DNA from: Acidimicrobiia bacterium
GTDB lineage: Bacteria; Actinomycetota; Acidimicrobiia; Spongiisociales; ZC4RG35
DNA: 64,000 nucleotides
Reading direction: 5' to 3'
Assembly: GCA_965203555.1 (NCBI GenBank)
Contig: CBDBCY010000004.1
Span: forward strand, 1,568,001 to 1,632,000
The notes beneath the pieces were generated by a model that did not search any database, was not told the origin of the DNA, and saw nothing but the letters and a program-made list of their open reading frames with translations. This document shows positions 59,831 to 64,000 of the stretch, in pieces; within the stretch, counting starts at the first letter, position 1, and each line of letters opens with the position of its first letter. A program made the translations under genes and the position numbers.

Positions 59831-60817
59831 GTGACCTCTTATCGCACCCAACCGACCCGGTCCCGCGGCAAGTGGTGGCTTCTCGCCCTCGTACTGGTGC
59901 TGGTGCTGGGGTGGGCATTCAATTCGCTTCTCAACACCACACGAGCCGAGACCACCCTTGCCGAGGAGCTTCGCAGCCACACGATCACCTTGGATCGAGC
60001 GGCTCGGTCATTCGTCAGGCTGATCGAACAAATCGACACCATGGACCGTTCCGAGCTTGCTTCCACTATCACCCAGTCCAGGGACTCTCTTGCTGCGGTG
60101 GACGCCGCATTGGATCAGGCGACCGACTCCGCCAGCAGCCTGATCGGTCTCTTCGGCGCCTCTCTCGATCTGTGGGACCAGGGTCTGGCCGACTTTGAGG
60201 AGGCCTTCCTGTCGGCGGTCGACGATCCGTTCAACTACGTAGTGGAGGAACAACTGATCGCCTCGTTGGTGAGCATTCGCAGCGGCGACCGCATATTTCA
60301 GGCTTTCCTGGAGGAAACCGCCGCAGATCCCGACATCCAGACCTTCTCCGACTTCCGGACGGTGGTCTTCCTGCCTGCGCAGTACCCGGTGGTGGACACC
60401 GCCGAGTTCCTAACCACCTACGCGCGTCTGTCCCGGCCATCACTGGAGTTCAATACGGACTTGGCCATAGAGCAGATCACGTCCCATCCAGAATGGATCT
60501 CCGACCTGGAGGGCCGTCCGGTCGTCGTTCCCACCGACAGTTTCGACCTGTTGGTAGTGGTGGCCAATCGGGGCAACGTGGAGATAACGGCTGAAACTTC
60601 TCTGGAGTTGGGCATCTGGCCACCGGGCGGGGCCATCCGGACCCGGGTCCTTGACGTGCCGCCTCTGCAGCCCGGAGAAAAGACCACGGTTACGTTCTAC
60701 GAACTGGCGGTGACCCCCGGAACTTCCTATCAGGTGGAGGTGCGTCTGAGTTATGTGGAAGGAGATCAAACCCCCGATGACAACAGTTACGGATTCACCC
60801 TGCAGGTTGGCGGCTGA
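59831..60817 (+). CDS. membrane-anchored hypothetical protein with C-terminal CARDB-like domain
   Basis: N-terminal TM; VANRGN..LQPGE..DDN beta-domain pattern. Confidence 0.6.
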   Translation: MTSYRTQPTRSRGKWWLLALVLVLVLGWAFNSLLNTTRAETTLAEELRSHTITLDRAARSFVRLIEQIDTMDRSELASTITQSRDSLAAVDAALDQATDSASSLIGLFGASLDLWDQGLADFEEAFLSAVDDPFNYVVEEQLIASLVSIRSGDRIFQAFLEETAADPDIQTFSDFRTVVFLPAQYPVVDTAEFLTTYARLSRPSLEFNTDLAIEQITSHPEWISDLEGRPVVVPTDSFDLLVVVANRGNVEITAETSLELGIWPPGGAIRTRVLDVPPLQPGEKTTVTFYELAVTPGTSYQVEVRLSYVEGDQTPDDNSYGFTLQVGG

Positions 60818-60863
60818 GATCGCCGGACGGTGGAAGGCTCTCCGCCGGTAGCATCTTCTCGCA

Positions 60864-62123
60864 GTGCTTGACATTGCCCTGCTCCGCACCTGCCCCGAGG
60901 TGATCAACCGTTCCATGGAGCGGCGCGGGCTGGACATTCCCTTGAAAGACCTGGTGGGAATGGAGGCCCGGATCAGGCAGTCGCGCCACCAGGCCGATCA
61001 ACTCAGAGCGTCCCAGCGGTCCCTGGGCAAGAAGATCGCCACCCTGAAAGGGGACGAAAAGCGACAGGCCATCGTAGATGCCGGCGCTCTCTCCAGCCGG
61101 ATCAAGGATCTGAACTCGCAGGCAAGCGCTCTTTCCGAACAGTTCTATCAGCAGTGGCATACCCTTCCCAACCTGGTTGATCCGACTGCCGCCGACGGAC
61201 TTACCGATGAGGACTCCGAAGAGATCAAGCGGGTGGGCGAGATCCCCCGGTTCGACTTCGAACCCGCCGATCACGAGACACTGGGCGAGACACTGGACGT
61301 TATCGACACGAAGAGGGCCGCCAAGATGGCGGGATCACGATTCGGATACCTGAAGGGCAAGGCGGCGCTGTTGGAGTTTGCGCTCATCCAATGGTCCATG
61401 GACCATTTGGTGGAGGCCGGCCTGGTTCCCATGGTCACGCCGGTGCTGGTGAGGGAGATGGCCCTGTTCGGCACCGGTTTCTTTCCCGGGGACCGGCAAC
61501 AGGTGTACGAAGTCCCCGCCGACGACCTATTCCTAGCCGCCACGTCGGAGATCAGCTTGGCCGCCTATCACGCCGATGAGATCCTGAACCCCGATGATCT
61601 CCCCCTCCGCTACGCGGGGTTCTCCAGTTGTTTTCGGCGAGAAGCCGGAACCCACGGCAAGGACACCGGGGGGATCTTCCGGGTACACCAGTTCGACAAG
61701 GTGGAGATGTTCTCCTTCACCCGGCCGGAGGACTCGGCCACCGAGCACGAGCGAATCCTGGGGCTGGAGGAGAAGCTGGTCCGGGAACTGGAACTTCCCT
61801 ACCGGGTAGTGAACGTAGCGGCCGGGGACCTGGGCGCCTCCGCCGCCAAGAAGTACGACATCGAGGCCTGGTTTCCCTCCTGGAGCACCTACCGGGAGAT
61901 AACCTCCTGCTCCAACACCACCGACTATCAGGCCCGAAGGCTGCGGATCCGGACGAGAGAGCCGGGAGGCAACCGATTGGTCCATACATTGAACGGCACG
62001 GCGGTGGCCATCGGCAGGGTGATCATCGCAATGTTGGAGAACCACCAGCAAAGCGACGGTTCGGTGGTCATGCCCGAGGCGCTGCGGCCTTACCTGGGCT
62101 TCGACCGGATAGATCCCCCCTAG
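60864..62123 (+). CDS. serS: serine--tRNA ligase
   Basis: TSE, CFRREAG, FRVHQFDKVE, EITSCSN, HTLNGT. Confidence 0.97.
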   Translation: MLDIALLRTCPEVINRSMERRGLDIPLKDLVGMEARIRQSRHQADQLRASQRSLGKKIATLKGDEKRQAIVDAGALSSRIKDLNSQASALSEQFYQQWHTLPNLVDPTAADGLTDEDSEEIKRVGEIPRFDFEPADHETLGETLDVIDTKRAAKMAGSRFGYLKGKAALLEFALIQWSMDHLVEAGLVPMVTPVLVREMALFGTGFFPGDRQQVYEVPADDLFLAATSEISLAAYHADEILNPDDLPLRYAGFSSCFRREAGTHGKDTGGIFRVHQFDKVEMFSFTRPEDSATEHERILGLEEKLVRELELPYRVVNVAAGDLGASAAKKYDIEAWFPSWSTYREITSCSNTTDYQARRLRIRTREPGGNRLVHTLNGTAVAIGRVIIAMLENHQQSDGSVVMPEALRPYLGFDRIDPP

Positions 62124-62130
62124 GGACGGC

Positions 62131-62781
62131 ATGCCTGTGACGGGGCTTTCACCCGACCACATCTTCTCGCGCATCCACCGACGCTACGACCGGCTGAACC
62201 GGGTCCTCTCTCTCGGCCAGGATCAAGCCTGGAGGAAGCGGGGCATCGATCTACTCCCCGATGGCCTGATCCTGGATCTGGGCGCCGGCACCGGGGTGGC
62301 AATGTCGCTGTTCCGGGCGGACCACCGGGTTGTGGCTCTCGATCCGGTCTGGCCGATGCTCTCTGTCAATCCCTCGCCTCATCGGGTGGTGGGGAAAGGA
62401 GAGCATCTACCTTTCGGGAATGAGACTTTCGACGGCATATGGTCCGCTTTCGTATTCCGCAACCTCGAATCGGTGGACCAGACCCTGGAGGAGGCAGCGC
62501 GCGTGCTGCGTCCGGGAGGGAAGATGGTGGTGGTTGATGCCGCCAGGCCCACCGGTCGGCTGGCCAGGACGCTGCACCGGATGGGAACCTCCGTCTTCAG
62601 CCCACTGGTGGGGCTGATGGCGGGGGCGGTCCGGGAGTACTGGTATTTCCACCGCTCTTTGGACAAACTCCCTCATCCCGAAGAGATGTTCAACCACGGA
62701 GAACTGCGGGTCGACAAGCTGTGGAGAATGGGGCTGTTGGGCGGGGTGTACGGAGTGATCCTGGTGAAACACCGGGATTGA
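62131..62781 (+). CDS. class I SAM methyltransferase (UbiE/MenG-like)
   Basis: YDRLNRVLSLGQDQAWR, LDLGAGTG, RVLRPGG. Confidence 0.85.
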   Translation: MPVTGLSPDHIFSRIHRRYDRLNRVLSLGQDQAWRKRGIDLLPDGLILDLGAGTGVAMSLFRADHRVVALDPVWPMLSVNPSPHRVVGKGEHLPFGNETFDGIWSAFVFRNLESVDQTLEEAARVLRPGGKMVVVDAARPTGRLARTLHRMGTSVFSPLVGLMAGAVREYWYFHRSLDKLPHPEEMFNHGELRVDKLWRMGLLGGVYGVILVKHRD

Positions 62782-62807
62782 AATCGCACAGACGCTTCTC
62801 GATTAGA

Positions 62808-63078
62808 AGCGTGCACCCCGCTTTCGGGCTCGACACCTCCGGTCGGTCGACAAACCGCTCGCTCGGACCAGGCACCCCCGTGGCGCCCGGGCAATTCGCT
62901 TAGGGCTGCTTCCTTCCGGACCTGACCCGGTTCACGACCACCCTGACTCACGGGACCCGGTCGTCATCGCCGCGCTTTTGCCTCCAAACCAGGGCTCGCC
63001 ACCCTCCAGCGGGGAGTTCGGCCCCGCATGTAGAGGATTTCAGGTTCAGGGAACCCCTAGCGCCCCGCTTAGCACGCC
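62808..63078 (-). ncRNA. ffs: large (Alu-domain-containing) bacterial SRP RNA
   Basis: S-domain GAACCGGGTCAGGTCCGGAAGGAAGCAGCC; 5' GGCGTGC pairs with 3' GCACGCT; Alu-like 5' region; ~270 nt; follows tadA. Confidence 0.9.
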
Positions 63079-63111
63079 GTTCAGACCCTACCACGCTCCG
63101 ATGTGGCAGGA

Positions 63112-63585
63112 TCAGCCATTACCGCCTCGTTTGCTGCTGAAGAAGGACCGCAAAAGCTCGGCGCTTCGAACGGCGCCCACTCCCGCCACTATCTCGCACC
63201 GGTGGTTGAGGCGCTGGTCGCCGGGGATGTTGTACAGACTCAAAGCCGCCCCCGCCTTCGGGTCGGCCGCTCCGTACACGATCCGCCTGATCCGACCGGA
63301 GACGGCGGCGCCGGCACACATCGAACAGGGCTCCAGGGTGACGTACAGGGTGTGTCCCAGCAAACGCCACGAACCCAACCGCCGGGCCGCCTCGGACAAC
63401 ACCAACACCTCGGCATGGGCGGTGGGGTCCTGCCGTTCCTCCCGCCGGTTGTGATCCGAAGCCACCACCTCACCGTCGGCGTCAACTATCACCGCCCCCA
63501 CCGGCACGTCGCCATGCTCCGGCGCCAGGGCCGCCTCTGCCAGCGCCACTTCCATGAAGCGCATGTGATCAGTCGAATCTGGCAT
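63112..63585 (-). CDS. tadA: tRNA adenosine(34) deaminase
   Basis: VPVGAV, PTAHAE, TLEPCSMC, DPKAGA. Confidence 0.95.
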   Translation of the reverse strand: MPDSTDHMRFMEVALAEAALAPEHGDVPVGAVIVDADGEVVASDHNRREERQDPTAHAEVLVLSEAARRLGSWRLLGHTLYVTLEPCSMCAGAAVSGRIRRIVYGAADPKAGAALSLYNIPGDQRLNHRCEIVAGVGAVRSAELLRSFFSSKRGGNG

Positions 63586-63670
63586 ATTCTCCGAGTCCTC
63601 CGGCGATCTGCTTTGCTAATGTTCGGGTCGAACTGAAGCGTTCTTAAAACATATCCGAATTATGGATGCT

Positions 63671-63764
63671 GGAGGGATCGCATAGTCTGGTCTAGTGCGC
63701 GGCACTGGAAATGCCGTTGGGGGTGACCACCCCCTCGTGGGTTCGAATCCCACTCCCTCCGCCA
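63671..63764 (+). tRNA. tRNA-Ser(GGA)
   Basis: CGGCA-CTGGAAA-TGCCG anticodon arm, long variable arm, GTTCGAATC, CCA. Confidence 0.96.
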
Positions 63765-63804
63765 GCGTCAAGGAGTAACCACTCCGTTCGAAGCTAAACC
63801 GAAA

Positions 63805-63897
<93 letters not shown>

Positions 63898-64000
63898 AGC
63901 CTGCCATGGCCCATCTAGGCCCGTTCGTGTAGTCCATGAAACACACAGCAGATAAGATCCTTCGTGTATGACCACAAGGTCCAAGCGGCCGCCAAGAACA

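Overview
High-GC actinobacterial chromosome segment. The Acidimicrobiia-like assignment is inference from the pknB-pbpA-rodA-pstP-fhaB-tRNA-Leu cluster, a DUF222-HNH gene and an SLH remnant. Contents in order: an oligopeptide ABC operon; a defence-island-like region (three TA loci, Type ISP restriction-modification, DUF4143 AAA, AlbA_2/HATPase, HNH); hpaD/hpaE-like ring-cleavage genes; an unusual bacterial microcompartment (BMC) locus; dnaB; the pknB cluster; Zn and Fe uptake operons with Fur-family boxes; serS; a large SRP RNA; tadA; and tRNAs. The main discovery is at 12474-18187. A Type ISP RM enzyme has a split specificity domain whose variable ~40-aa segment is encoded by a tandem array of seven overlapping alternative cassettes. 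Three serial poly-G tracts appear to act as three-way frame switches (G11 = first cassette, G12 = second, G10 = read through to the next tract), and a fourth poly-G inside the methyltransferase domain acts as an ON/OFF switch. I translated all required read-through frames by hand and found them stop-free. The second notable item is a BMC locus built around a glutamine-synthetase-family ligase, an opine-dehydrogenase-like protein, an acylating aldehyde dehydrogenase and an MDH-like enzyme with an EutQ-like N-terminus.
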